A stretch of 64,000 nucleotides of DNA from Eledone cirrhosa (lineage: Eukaryota). The notes under the pieces were generated by a model, which was not told where the DNA came from, ran no database searches, and saw only the letters and a list, made by a program, of their open reading frames with translations. The translations under genes were made by a program, and so were the position numbers. Below are positions 35,600 through 47,481 of this stretch, in pieces (position 1 is the stretch's first letter; the number at the start of each line of letters is the position of its first letter). The stretch lies in contig OZ024741.1 of the NCBI GenBank assembly GCA_964016885.1, positions 400,396,001-400,460,000 of the forward strand. The letters are read 5' to 3'.

Positions 35600-38500
35600 T
35601 GGTATATAGAAATAAGAATTGCAACAACTGCAATAACACTAACCATGTTAGGGTTGCGTACGGTAGTGGGGTGGCTGGTGCGGCCATGTGTGAGAACCCC
35701 CTGACTGTCATCAAGCAATCGCACAAAAACAACTGCGTAAACAACAATAACACTAACCATGTTAGGGCTGCGCACGGTAGGGGGGTGGCTAGTGAGGCCA
35801 TGTGTGAGAACCCCACGATCGTCATCAAGCAGACGCACAACAGGAAAAAGAACGAGATGTTGCATCTCAGAGTTGCCAACATTGTGTGGCAACTCTGAGA
35901 TGCGATATCTGGTGAGATAGTGGAGATGCTGGAGAGAAGGCATGTGGATGTGTGCTGTGTGCAAGAGGTGAGATGGAGAGGTGCCTCTGCAAGACTAATC
36001 GCAGGAAAACATCGTAGTTATAAGCTTTTCTGGGTGGGTAATGATGATGAGTTAGGTGGGGTAGGCATATTACTGGCTGAGAGACGGATCAATAAGACAA
36101 TAGAGGTAGTTAGAGTTGGTGATAGAATAATTAAGCTTAGATTAGTTGTAGGCAAGAGACTACTGACAATCATCTCTGCCCATGCTCCCCAGGCAGGTAT
36201 AGGTAAAGTAGAGAAAGACTGCTTTTACGAGCAACTTTTACAAACAGACTCAATGACAGAGGACAGGGACATCGTTATGCCAGCGGGAGACTTCAATGGA
36301 CATGTTGGACAGCTCCAGGATGGATACACTGGTGTACATGTAGGGCATAGTTATGGCTCAAGAAATGAAGGAGGAGTTAGGCTTCTTGAATTTTGTGGTG
36401 CAAATGCACTAACCATTTGTAACACTAACTTCCAGAAGCCTACCAACCACCTAATAACCTACAAATCAGACGAGCACATAAGCCAGATTGACATCCTGCT
36501 AGTTAGACAGCGGGACAGGCAGATGGTGTCAAATACCAAGGCATACCCCGGGGAAGAATGTACCCCACAGCATAGGTTAGTCGTTAGTGACATCTCAGTA
36601 AGCAAGAGAAAGAATGAGACATACAGGAAGGTGTGGAAAAGAAAGGTCTGGAAGCTAAAAGACCTTTCATTAAAATATAAATTTAGCAAAGCCCTTCAAG
36701 ATGTGTATGACGAAAAGGAAGACGATTTAGAATCATATGACATAGATGATAACTGGAATTTCTTGCGTGACAACTTACTGCAGGCTACTGAAGAAACTTG
36801 TGGTTGGGGCAGAGCTTCAACCAGACAGAGAGTGACCTGGTGGTGGAACAGCATGGTAGATAGGGCCATTAGAGACAAAAGAACGCATGGAAAGTTTGGA
36901 AAAACGGTGGGAGTAGAGAAGGATACACAGCCGCTAAGAGAGAAGCTAGGCGTCAGGTGTACTTAGCACGCAGGGAGGCTGAGAGTAGGAGATTTGTCAA
37001 TGTTCTGCGACGGGAAGATCAGAGACGTGCGGTGTTCCGCATTGCAAGGCAGTGTGTCAGTACAAATCAGGATGTTGTTGGAGATAAGTGTGTCTGGAAT
37101 GATGCCGGTGTACTTAGTGTCATGAATGATCAAAAAAAAGAAGGCCTGGAAATGTCATTATGAGAGACTGATGAATGTGGAGAACGAATGGGACAGAGAG
37201 AAATTACCCCCAGGAGACCCAACAGAGCGACCAGCTATTGAGATTGACGAATATAGGGTACAAGAGACAATTAAGGAAATGAAGAATGGTAAGGCTGCTG
37301 GACCGTCGGGGATAGTTGCTGAGATGGTGAAGGCATCAGGAGAAGTAGGCACTAAACTAGCTGCATGCATCATTAATCAAGCTATATATGGTGGTGTCAT
37401 ACCCAAAGACTGGTGCAGCAGTATTCTCATAAATTGCTACAAAGGTAAAGGGGTTGATCTAGAGAGGAGCAAGTATAGGGGCATAAAGATGATGGATCAG
37501 GTTATGAAAGTGGCAGAGAGAATATTAGCACAACTGATTAGAGAAAGGGTCAAATTAAATGAGATGCAGTTTTGTTTTGTGCCTTGGAAAAGTACAACAG
37601 ATGCCCTCTTCTTAGTGAGACAACTACAAGAGAGGTTCTTAGAGAAGAATAAGCCACTATACTTACCTTTTGTTGACCTAGAGTAGGACTTTGATAGGGT
37701 ACCCTGATCTGTCATCTGGTAGTCCCTAAGGAAACTAGGTGTAAGGACAGTGCAAGCTATGTACAGGGGTGCTGTCAGTAAAGTGAGAATAGGAATGGAG
37801 TTTAGTGAGGAATTCCAGATACAAGTAGGTATACATCAGGGTTCGGTCCTCAACCTGCTCTTGTTCTTTATATTCCTCCAAGCCATAAGAGAGGAGTTTA
37901 AGACTGGCTTCCCACGGGAACTTCTCTATGCTGATGATCTGGTTCTTATAGCAGAATCAGTAGAGGAGCTGGAGAATAAATTCTGGCTATGGAAACAGCA
38001 GTTGGAATCAAGAGGACTGAAAGTGAACATAGCTAAAACAAAAGTGTTGATAAGTAGAAGAGAGGACAATACTCTGATTCCATCGGGGAAATGGCCATGT
38101 TCGATATGTAGGAAAGGAACTGGCATGAATTACATAAAATGTACGCAATGCAGAACTCGGGTACACAAGAGATGTAGTGGGATAGCAGGCAAACTAACAG
38201 CTAGGGAAAACTACGTATGCAGTAGATGTACAGGGAAAGTTGGCAGTAGTAATCGCAGTGATAGACACATTTTTCCAATGCAGGTGGGTTCTATAGAAGT
38301 GGTTGATAGCTTCCAGTACCTAGGTGATCAGATTAGCAGGGGAGGGTGGTGTTCCGAGGCCATAGTATCTAGAATAAGGACGGGTTGGACAAAGTTTAGG
38401 GAGCTGCTTCCTCTGTTGACAAAGAAAGGTTTCTCTCTGCATACGAAAGGACGGTTATATGATGCCTGTGTGAGATGTGTGATGCTGTATGGTAGTGAGA

Positions 38501-38602
38501 CATGGGCAGCAACTGCAGAAGATATGTGATGGCTGGAGAGAAATCAAGCAAGTATGCTCCGTTGGATGTGCAATGCCAATGTGCGTGAACGACCAAGCAT
38601 AG
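35600..38602 (+). mobile_element. RTE-clade LINE (APE endonuclease plus RT), decayed, 3' end lost
   Basis: CVQEVRW, GDFNGHVG, SQIDILL, QHRLV (APE); FVDLE, GIHQGS, LYADD, YLG (RT); frameshifts and stops; 114-bp duplicated leader at 35632-35840. Confidence 0.95.
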
Positions 38603-39080
38603 ACTGGTTAGTTGTTTGTTCTATGTGTGTGTGTGCCCTCACTCTGTCCTTAATTGTAAGTTGTGATGTTGCTATTCCATTCATGTAATAGCAACATCAC
38701 AACTTACAATTAAGGACAGAGTGAGGGCACACACACACATAGAGCAAACAACCAACCAGTAACATGTAAATAAACAAATAAATAAACAAATATAAACACA
38801 CACAGACACCCAGATGTAACACATGCGCAAACTAAGCACGCAACACACACAAAAACAAGATGGCGTAGGACAGGACAAAGGAGAGGCACAAAAACAAAGA
38901 AAAGAATCCCCAGTCACTGAAGAGGTCACAGAATGTGTGACGAAAGAACTTTGACAATATATGAATAACCGTCCGGTTATGGACCAACCAACCAACCGGA
39001 AATTTATAATAAATTGGAGTGAAAGCAACAGGTGCGTGTGTTTCTTATTGGCAACATGACCCTCCCAAAGCATAACAATA
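38603..39080 (+). mobile_element. PLE pLTR fragment related to 17641-20035, with fold-back 5' end
   Basis: Inverted repeat 38603-38676 / 38687-38760; 3' end atgaccctcccaaagcataacaatata is shared with 20010-20035; HHR at 38913-38955. Confidence 0.8.
38913..38955 (+). ncRNA. Minimal type I hammerhead motif
   Basis: gtca CTGAAGA g gtcaca-gaatg-tgtgac GAAA gaac TT tgac. Confidence 0.65.
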
Positions 39081-39097
39081 TATATATATATATATAT

Positions 39098-39144
<47 letters not shown>

Positions 39145-39743
39145 GAGAGAGAACAATATGATAGGCTTTATGCAAATTCTATCTACCAATTTCACTGACA
39201 AGGCATAGGTCAACCCAAGCCTACTACAGAAAACATTAGCCCAAAGTATCAGACTGTGAGACTTGCACTTGAAACCACATGGCTGTGAAACTCTTTAACA
39301 TCACAGTCATGCCTGTGCCAATCTATATTTATTAAGCCTCTACAAGTGCATGGCTTAATGGTTAAAGAATTGGATTCGCAATTGTAAGGTTGTGAATTTA
39401 AGTCTTGGACTGGGAGATATGTTATGTCCTTGAGCAAGACACTTTATTTCATGTTGCTGTTTCTGCCAAGAGTTGCAACTGGTAGATAGTAACATTTGAC
39501 AAGTAATAGTCTGATTTGACAAGTTCCACCTCACTCATAAACTAATGAGGTCTGAGATATTGCTGATAGACAAATAAATAAGCTGTTACTTGGAAATAAT
39601 TCTTTAAATATGTAATATTAGATGAACATTTAAGAAAATAATTTTAACTTTCAGTGATATCTATTTGGTTATTAGAAACAGTTTTTTGTCCCTCTTTTTT
39701 AATAATTCTAAATTAGAAATTGGATGCAATACCTTAATAAAGG

Positions 39744-39924
39744 TAATTGTTTCTACTTTTGGCACAAGGCCACCAATTACCCAGTTACATTACTGGTACT
39801 TTATTTTATCGACCCTGTAAGGATGAAAGGCAAAGTTAACCTCGGCGGGATTTGAACTCAGACCATAAAGGGCCGTAACTCTTTGCTGCAAAGCATGGCG
39901 CCTGACCCTCTACCGATACTGCCA
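39744..39924 (-). mobile_element. SINE family A
   Basis: Same consensus; further copies at 40198-40416 (-) and 40593-40782 (+). Confidence 0.85.
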
Positions 39925-40801
39925 AAATGACAGGTAGTTGTATAAGAATTGTGTAGATTCAGACTTTACCTGTTGAAAGAAATATGTCAATGACCAAGTC
40001 ACAAACACTGTGATTAAAATGTTGACACCAAGAAATAAATGAGAAATGTAAAGTTAATTTAATTTTATAAATGACTAAAATGACTCTTTCATGATGTAAT
40101 AACATTAGTTTATTTGTAAAAGAAATAATTTTGTTATTTTTATCTTGTTTCATTGATTCACCTGACTCAAAGATTTCTTCTTGTAACGTTTAAAATATGG
40201 TTTCTGATTTAGGGACAAGGCCAACAATTTTTGAGGAGGGGAAGTCGTTTATATCGACCCCCAGTGCATTACTGGTACTTTATTTTATCGACCTTGTAAG
40301 GATGAAAGACAAAGAAAACCGTAGCCGGTTTTGAACTCAGAACATAAAGTGCCATAATGCTATCCCACAAAACATGTTGTCCGATGCTCTACCGATTCTA
40401 TTGCCAATCCACTGCTCTTGTAATTTATAAAATATGATTATAATGAATTTAAATAATTATTTGTTTTCTGAATATCCATAACCAAGTCTAAGCAATGTAA
40501 TGGGCCAAGCCTAGATGCAAAATATAAGCCCTATTTCATATGTCTTATTAAGTATTTTAGTAATCAGTGCTAAATATACATTATATATGTATAGGGCGGT
40601 GGATTGACAGTATTGGTAGAGAGTCAGATGCCATGCTTTCCAGCATAGTTACGTCCCTTTATGGTCTGAGTTCAAATCCCGCTGAGGTTAACTTTGCCTT
40701 TCATCCTTACAGGGTCGATAAAATAAAGTACCAGTAATGTACTGGATAATTGCTGGCCTTGTGCCAAAAGTAGAAACAACTATTTATGTATAGGTTACGG
40801 T

Positions 40802-41050
40802 GGAGGCATGCGGTCTAGTGGTAAGGGTGTTTGTCTTACGATCATAATATTGTGGGTTTGATTCCTGGATTGTGTGTTGTATTGTTGAGCAAAACACTTC
40901 AATTCATGTTGCTCCAGTATACTCAGCTGAAAATGAGTACCAGCAATAGCTGGGGTTTTAACCCTGCAATGGACTAGTGTCTTGTTCAGGGGTAGCCTTG
41001 TATTCTCAGTCACATAACCAGGATAAACACCAGCTTGATGAGCCTCCAAT
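40802..41050 (+). mobile_element. tRNA-derived SINE (family B-related)
   Basis: gcggtctagtggtaag head, ttgagcaaaacactt core; related copies at 28450-28730 (-) and 52545-53142 (-). Confidence 0.75.
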
Positions 41051-41087
41051 ATCGAGACATACTTTTATAGGTTACTGGTATATATAT

Positions 41088-41260
41088 ATGCAAGTGGAAA
41101 ATAAACAACACAGCAAATGATATTGTAAATGAAGATATATGTTAGTTTAATGCTTGATATATCAGGAAAAGAGTCTTAATGTTTCAGATGCTAGTCCTTC
41201 ATCAGAAAATAGAATGAGAATTAAAAAGAAGAAATAGAAATATAGAGAAGAGTAAGAAGA
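41088..41260 (-). mobile_element. PLE-type terminal fragment with degenerate hammerhead (41174-41208)
   Basis: Minus strand ttt CTGATGA aggactagcatct GAAA cat TA aga; related copy lacking the core at 63218-63340. Confidence 0.55.
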
Positions 41261-42104
41261 GAAAGAAAAAAGAGTTTTTTCCTTTCCTTCCTCTTCTCAC
41301 TCTCCTCAAGCTTTCTATTTGTTTATTTCTCATTCTATCTATAAACACACACACACACACACACACATATAGATCATCATCACAATTTAACGTCCATTTT
41401 CCACACTAGCATGGGTTAGACGAGCTGTCCCATTGTAAGACAAGTCAGATCAGGTGACTGTGTTTTACTCCTTCAGAACTGTTTCTCGTGTGGTTTCTAT
41501 GTCAACCACATTTACAGTGTGAACTGGGTATTTTTTTATCATGGCACCAAAATGTCATGTCACCAACATATGTATATGTATATGATAGTCACATCTCCTC
41601 AGTTTCAGCTCCGCAGACTGTATGTATCATCATCATCATCACCGTTTTACGTCTGTTCTTCCACGCTAGTATGGGTTAGACGGGTTGTCCTGTTGTGGAC
41701 CTTGTCTTACTCATACCGGAACTGATTCTGGCTTGATTTCTACAGCTGGATGTCCAACCCTTGCAAGCAGGGAAAAGCAGACATAAAATGATGATGATGA
41801 TGATGCCTTTCCTAGCACCGACCTCATTTACAATGAAGGCTGGGTGCTTTTTTGCCGTGGCACCTCCACGACCACTTTGTAGTCGAATGATAGGGACCCC
41901 AGTCCTATCATCTCATTTCTACAGCTTAGTAAACTGGAGCAATGTGAAATAAAGTGTCTTGCTCAAGGAAACAACACATCACCCGGTCTGAGAATTGAAC
42001 TCACAACCTTTCGATTGCAAGCCCAATGCTCTAACCACTAAGCCATGTGCCTTCATATATACCTATCATATATATATATATGATATATGTGTGTGTGTAT
42101 ACAT

Positions 42105-42845
42105 ACATAGTAGTGAGACCTGGGCATTGTGTGCAGAAGACTTGTGTAGATTAGAAAAAAACAAAGCTTGCATACTCTGATGGATGTGTAATAGTAATGT
42201 ACGTGGACGGCGAAGCATAAATGAATTGAGAGAGAGACTAAGCATAAGAGTTATCAAATGTTGTGTGCAGGAGAGGATATTGCATTGGTATGGACATGTG
42301 ATGCATCTAAAGGACAACAGCTATATAAAAAAGTGCAGAATGATCAAAATTGATGGAAGCTACAGAGTGGGTAAACCAAGAAAAACTTGGGACAAGGTGA
42401 TAAAAACTGACCTTGCACACTTACACCTCTCTAAGATAATGTCACTGGATCGAGATCTTTGGCGCTATGCAGTAATACAGACGACCAGCCTTCCTTTGCA
42501 TACAAACCTACAGTCAACAGGCACCTCTTAACCCAATATACACCCCACCCATACACCCTACTCCATCCTCCCATTTCTGTACTCTGTAAAGTGGTCATGT
42601 AGGTGACACAACAAAAAGCACCCAATCCACGCTGTAGAGTGGTCGTGTAAGAGACATGGTAAAAAGGCTCCCAGTCCACACTGTAAATGTGGTTGGTGTT
42701 AGGAAGGGCATCCAGCCATAGAAAACCTGCCAGATACAGTTCTGTACGAGCGAGACACGGTCTCCCGACCAATCTCCCCTCAAGTGAGACAACTCTCGTT
42801 TAACCCATGATGCATGGAAGATGGTCGTTAGAAGATGATGATGGT
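42105..42845 (+). mobile_element. RTE LINE 3' fragment
   Basis: SETWALCAEDL..WYGHVM..GKPRKTW followed by 3' UTR and (GAT)n. Confidence 0.88.
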
Positions 42846-43312
42846 GATCTATATATATACAGCCTGCGGTGCTGAGACTGAGGAGATCACTGTCATTACC
42901 ACAACAGAGGTCCGACGAGCTTTTGATTCCAGAGTCGGCCTAGATCAATACAGATCAAACCTTGAGCTGATCAATTGTGAAATACTATCACTATTCAATA
43001 AACCTAATGAAGACATAGAATATTGCGCTTTCTATTATTATTACACTGTGCTTAGTACTACACCTCTATACCTACTGGAAACTATGCATCGAGTGCTCAC
43101 TCTGGTGAACCTACAGTAACTGGACATTACATTCCCATATGTGTGTGTATGTAGTGTACATAATGAACTTACAATTTCACAGAACAGACTAACAGATCTT
43201 GAGAAAACTCCCTCAAAATCATAGGCCCATGCTAACTGCCTCTTTGCCCTCCATTCCTCCGACACACCATTCTTTTCAGCTGGCCTGTAACAGTACTAAA
43301 TTGTTGTTTTAG

Positions 43313-43480
43313 GTTGATGAAAATTTGAAGAAGGAAGCCAGAAAACAGCGTGCAGTCTTCAAACTTGCCAACAGGTTGCTGCAAACTGCGAGGAACTCTC
43401 AACTTGATATTGAAAGTCTTCGTGCCTATCTTGGAAGTCTTAAGAGTCAGTATGAAGCAGACATACAAGATGAAAGATGA
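43313..43480 (+). CDS. MSH4: MSH4 terminal coding exon, [55 protein letters not shown]
   Basis: ttttag| acceptor; matches the MSH4 C-terminus [28 protein letters not shown]; TGA at 43478-43480. Confidence 0.93.
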   Translation, partial: VDENLKKEARKQRAVFKLANRLLQTARNSQLDIESLRAYLGSLKSQYEADIQDER

Positions 43481-43589
43481 AACTTTTAAATATGTTTTAT
43501 TGTTTAAATATTTTATTCTATTTTCTTTCATTTTTACAACTTAATTTTGAATATTCTGTCATATTCTAAGATTGTTTATATTAATATTT

Positions 43590-44215
43590 TGTGTTGGTGT
43601 CATGACAAATAGCACCAGGCCCACACTGTAAAGTGGTCATATAGGAGTCATGACAAATAGCATCCAGCCCACACTGTAAAGTGGTCATGTAGGTGACATG
43701 ACAAATAGCATCCAGCCCACACTGTAAAGTGGTCATATAGGAGTCATGACAAATATTATCCAGCCCACACTGTAAAGTGGTCATGTAGGTGTCACGACAA
43801 AGAGTATCCAGCCCACACTGTAAAGTGGTCGTATAGGAGTCATGACAAATAGCACCCAGCCCACACTGTAAAGTGGTTGTGTTAGTGTCATGACAAATAG
43901 CACCCAGCCGACACTGTAAAGTAGTCATGTAGGAGTCATGATAAATAGCATCCAGCCCACACTGTAAAGTGGTTGAGTTGGTGTTATGACAAATAGCACC
44001 CAGCCGACACTGTAAAGTAGTCATGTAGGTGACATGACAAATAGCACCCAGTCAGCACTGTAAATGTTGTTGGCATTAGGAAGGGCATCCAGCCATAGAA
44101 TCCAAGCCAAAATCAGTTCTGTGTGAGCAAAACACAGTCCTTCGACCTGGATATCTCACAATGGTACAACACATCCTCCCCATGCTAGCATGGAAAATGG
44201 ATGTTAAATGATGAT
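43590..44215 (+). repeat. 48-bp tandem array (~10 copies) expanded inside an RTE 3' UTR
   Basis: Unit cccacactgtaaagtggtcatgtaggtgtcatgacaaatagcatccag followed by the RTE tail. Confidence 0.9.
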
Positions 44216-45366
44216 AATTATTCAAATAAAACAAGTGTGAGGCTAATCAGTGAATTGGCTGAATCAGTAAAGAGTTAGACAGTATAAAATAAAATTTCAA
44301 AAACTGTAAATACATTTGTTTTGTTTCTAATTCACTGCATGACAAAATGAATAAAGGCTTTCTTTAGTAAGAGATAATTAGGGTGATTTAAGGGGTCTCA
44401 TACTCTGGAGTGATCATCACTAGAGTGGTGATTTTTTTTTAGCACTAACTTCTGAGCACTAAGTGCAAATGCGCAACCTACTGTTGAGCGACCCACTTCA
44501 ATGCACTTAAGTCTAAAAATAGCATGACAAGAGCATGATAAGAGTGACAAATTCTGGTAAATAAATTGAGTCTAAAAATAACCGTAAATATTCACTGTTA
44601 GGAAAGGTATCCAGCTGTAGAAACCAAGCCCAAATCGGTTCTGTATGAGCAAGACATGTTCATGTGACCTCAACTTGCCTCAAATAGCACAACCCATCTA
44701 ACTCATGCTAGCATGAAAAATTGACGTTAAACGATGATGATGATGATGGTTCATGCAATTATTTGGTCCATAATTCAAAATTATCAGAGATTTCAAAAGT
44801 TCCACCAAAGTTGAAAGTACAAAGGTATCTGAAATTTTCTGGAACACTATCCTTGTTTGTCAAGACTGTCTTAACTCTCTGATAAGTTGTATTTAAACTC
44901 CAGGTAAATAAAACTTGTCACATTTGTATGTCTTTGGAGTAACATTACTCTATAGAGTGTGTAGCTCAGAGATCAGAGAGTCACTCCAGTTAGAACCAGT
45001 ACTTCTCCAAATTGAGAGATCACAGCTCTGATACTATGGACATGTGGTTAGAATGTCTCAGGAAAGAATCACTGGACAGATTTTACGGGCAAAATCAACT
45101 GGCAGGAGACCCAAGGTTAGACCCTGAATAAGGTGGTTCGATAACATCCATGAGCTTGGCTGGTCTCGCTTGGGGATCCAGCCGGATCAGTTGGGGACGG
45201 TTGCTTCTGACAGGACCTGCTGGAAAGAGTGTTTGAGGACTCTGCCCCTCACCCCCGACCCCCTCAGGAATAAGTGAAAGAAGAAGAAGGAGAAAAGAAG
45301 AAGAAGCATTAGTATGTTGAATTTCATTGAGCAATAAACTGCAATAACAACTTTACATTATTGTTA

Positions 45367-45560
45367 GGGTGGTGGATTAGCAGTATTGGTAGAGGGTCGG
45401 ACGCCATGGTTTGCAACAAAGAGTTATGGCCCATTATGATCTGAGTTCAAATTCCGCCGAGGTTAACTTTGCCTTTTATCCTTACGGGGTCGATAAAATA
45501 AAGTACCAGTAATACACTGGGATAATTGCTGGCCTTGTGCCAAAAGTAGAAACAATTATT
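45367..45560 (+). mobile_element. SINE family A
   Basis: Same consensus. Confidence 0.88.
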
Positions 45561-47481
45561 GTTACTTTGGTTATTTTATACAATGGTTTGTTTGGTTGTT
45601 GTTTTTTTTAAATTTTACTTATACTTTACTTTTGATTTGTCACTTTTTACACATTATCACTTATGTCGATAAAACACTTTACAAGACATCACTCTAAAAC
45701 TATATCGCTAAAAAATGGTCCCTCAAATGTTGATTGCTAAGAGAATGGCAAAAAAGGTCCCTCAAATGTTGATTGCTCTAGAGAATGGCAAGAAATTTTA
45801 GCTAATTTTAAGGAACTCTTTCTGAATATGAAGTCAGTTTTGTTCCATTACATCTAGATTTTGACCTATAAAATACCCACTATATACCTAATTTACAGAA
45901 ATGTAATGTAACATGCAGTGCAGCAAATGTTCCTATTTGTCTTTTAAGAATGCCTTTGTGTATTGTTATTTTAACAGTGATTAATTTTAGTTTCATTAGA
46001 GTCCTATAACTCCTGAGAGAGTTGTAGGGATGCCGTAGTAACATATGGCATATTTACAGACATTCACTCTTAACATCATTCTCAGGGAGATTCAGTAGAC
46101 CTCCATTGGTTTTTATGTTTAGCGTTTCATTTCATCAACAAATTATGCATGCTAATTGTGCATGCTAATTGTGAAATTAGCATGCAAGTGTCTGAGCATT
46201 CTATAGACATTCACACTCTTAACATTATTCTCAGGGAGATTCAGTGTGACACAGTATGTGACTAAGCTGGCCCTTTGATTTACAAGGCTTCCAAATAATT
46301 TCCCTCTCCCCAGTTTCACTCGCAAGGCTTGGGGCCAATCCAAGGCTGTCATAAATCTGACTTGTTCAAAATATCACATAATGCAATTGAACCCCAGACC
46401 TTGGGATTTCAAAGAAAACTTCTTAACCATTCAGCTATGCTATGTCTAAACAACCCAGTCCATTCCATCTTACTCATGTTGGAGGAACCCTTCCCTGGTC
46501 GACCTCCACCACTTTCTGTTTAGTTTGGGTCATGTCAGGGGTGTAGCCATACTCACCACACTTGACCAATTGCAGGTGGGTGAGGCTATTTAACCCAAAG
46601 TAGGGGTGGATGGCCATTCACTCTATGGAGTTCATCTGCCCTTTTAACAGCTCTTGTGTGCAGCTGTGGTTCAAGTTACCCTCTTCCACCTGGCCAGGGT
46701 CTGGTAGAGGAGCTGGTTTAGTTGGATTAGTCACTGACCACTCAACCATGAAGCAGGTTGTGCTGGGTCACATGGTAGAAACACCAGGCAGAAGCCTGAC
46801 CTGACAATATCCACTTTTGATTCACTGTTTACATTATGTGTTCAAATTTCATTGATTCACTGTGAGCAAATATATTTTTCATCATTTTGTTAGTGATGAA
46901 AAATACCAGACATTAATGTGGGTCATTTCAATCATATGTACTCTTCCTTTACAGGTTTGGGATTTTGAGGAAGACTGAATGCAACTGACATGCATGTCTG
47001 GGAGTGTACATGTTCACCCCTCTCCTATCAAGTGACAATGAACTATTATACGTGTGTGTCTCATGTGGGATGACTCACATGCCCCCCTATCAAGTGACAA
47101 TGAACTATTCTACGTTTGTGTGTCTCATGTGGGATGACTCACATGCCCACATGGCTTGCATGCTCTGTCTTTACAAAATAAACAACTTTAGTTGAACTTT
47201 ATTGTATGGTTTGGGCATGTTGAACAGAGAGCCTAGGATTTAACAGTCCAATTGTCAACAGCAGACCCTTTAAAACATGGTAGCAGTGGGGGGGAGGGGG
47301 GGGGGAGAAAACTAAGTTCCCACAGATAATACATCTCTTGAAGCAATAATAAAAAAAGCCATTGAATCTAGCTCTTCTCAGTCATGGAAACATCAATTGT
47401 AATATTAGTTTGAGTCCCACCCAACATCTTTTCAACCGACAGACCCATATGATGTCAACTCCTAGGGTTTTATATACCAGT

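Noticed and set aside
42860-43260. Possible extra exon or gene upstream of the last MSH4 exon
   Set aside because: The MSH4 frame is already complete between 30491 and 43313; no recognisable homology.
43232-43544. ORFs 43232..43531 (-) and 43350..43544 (+)
   Set aside because: Antisense or off-frame overlaps of the true MSH4 last exon.
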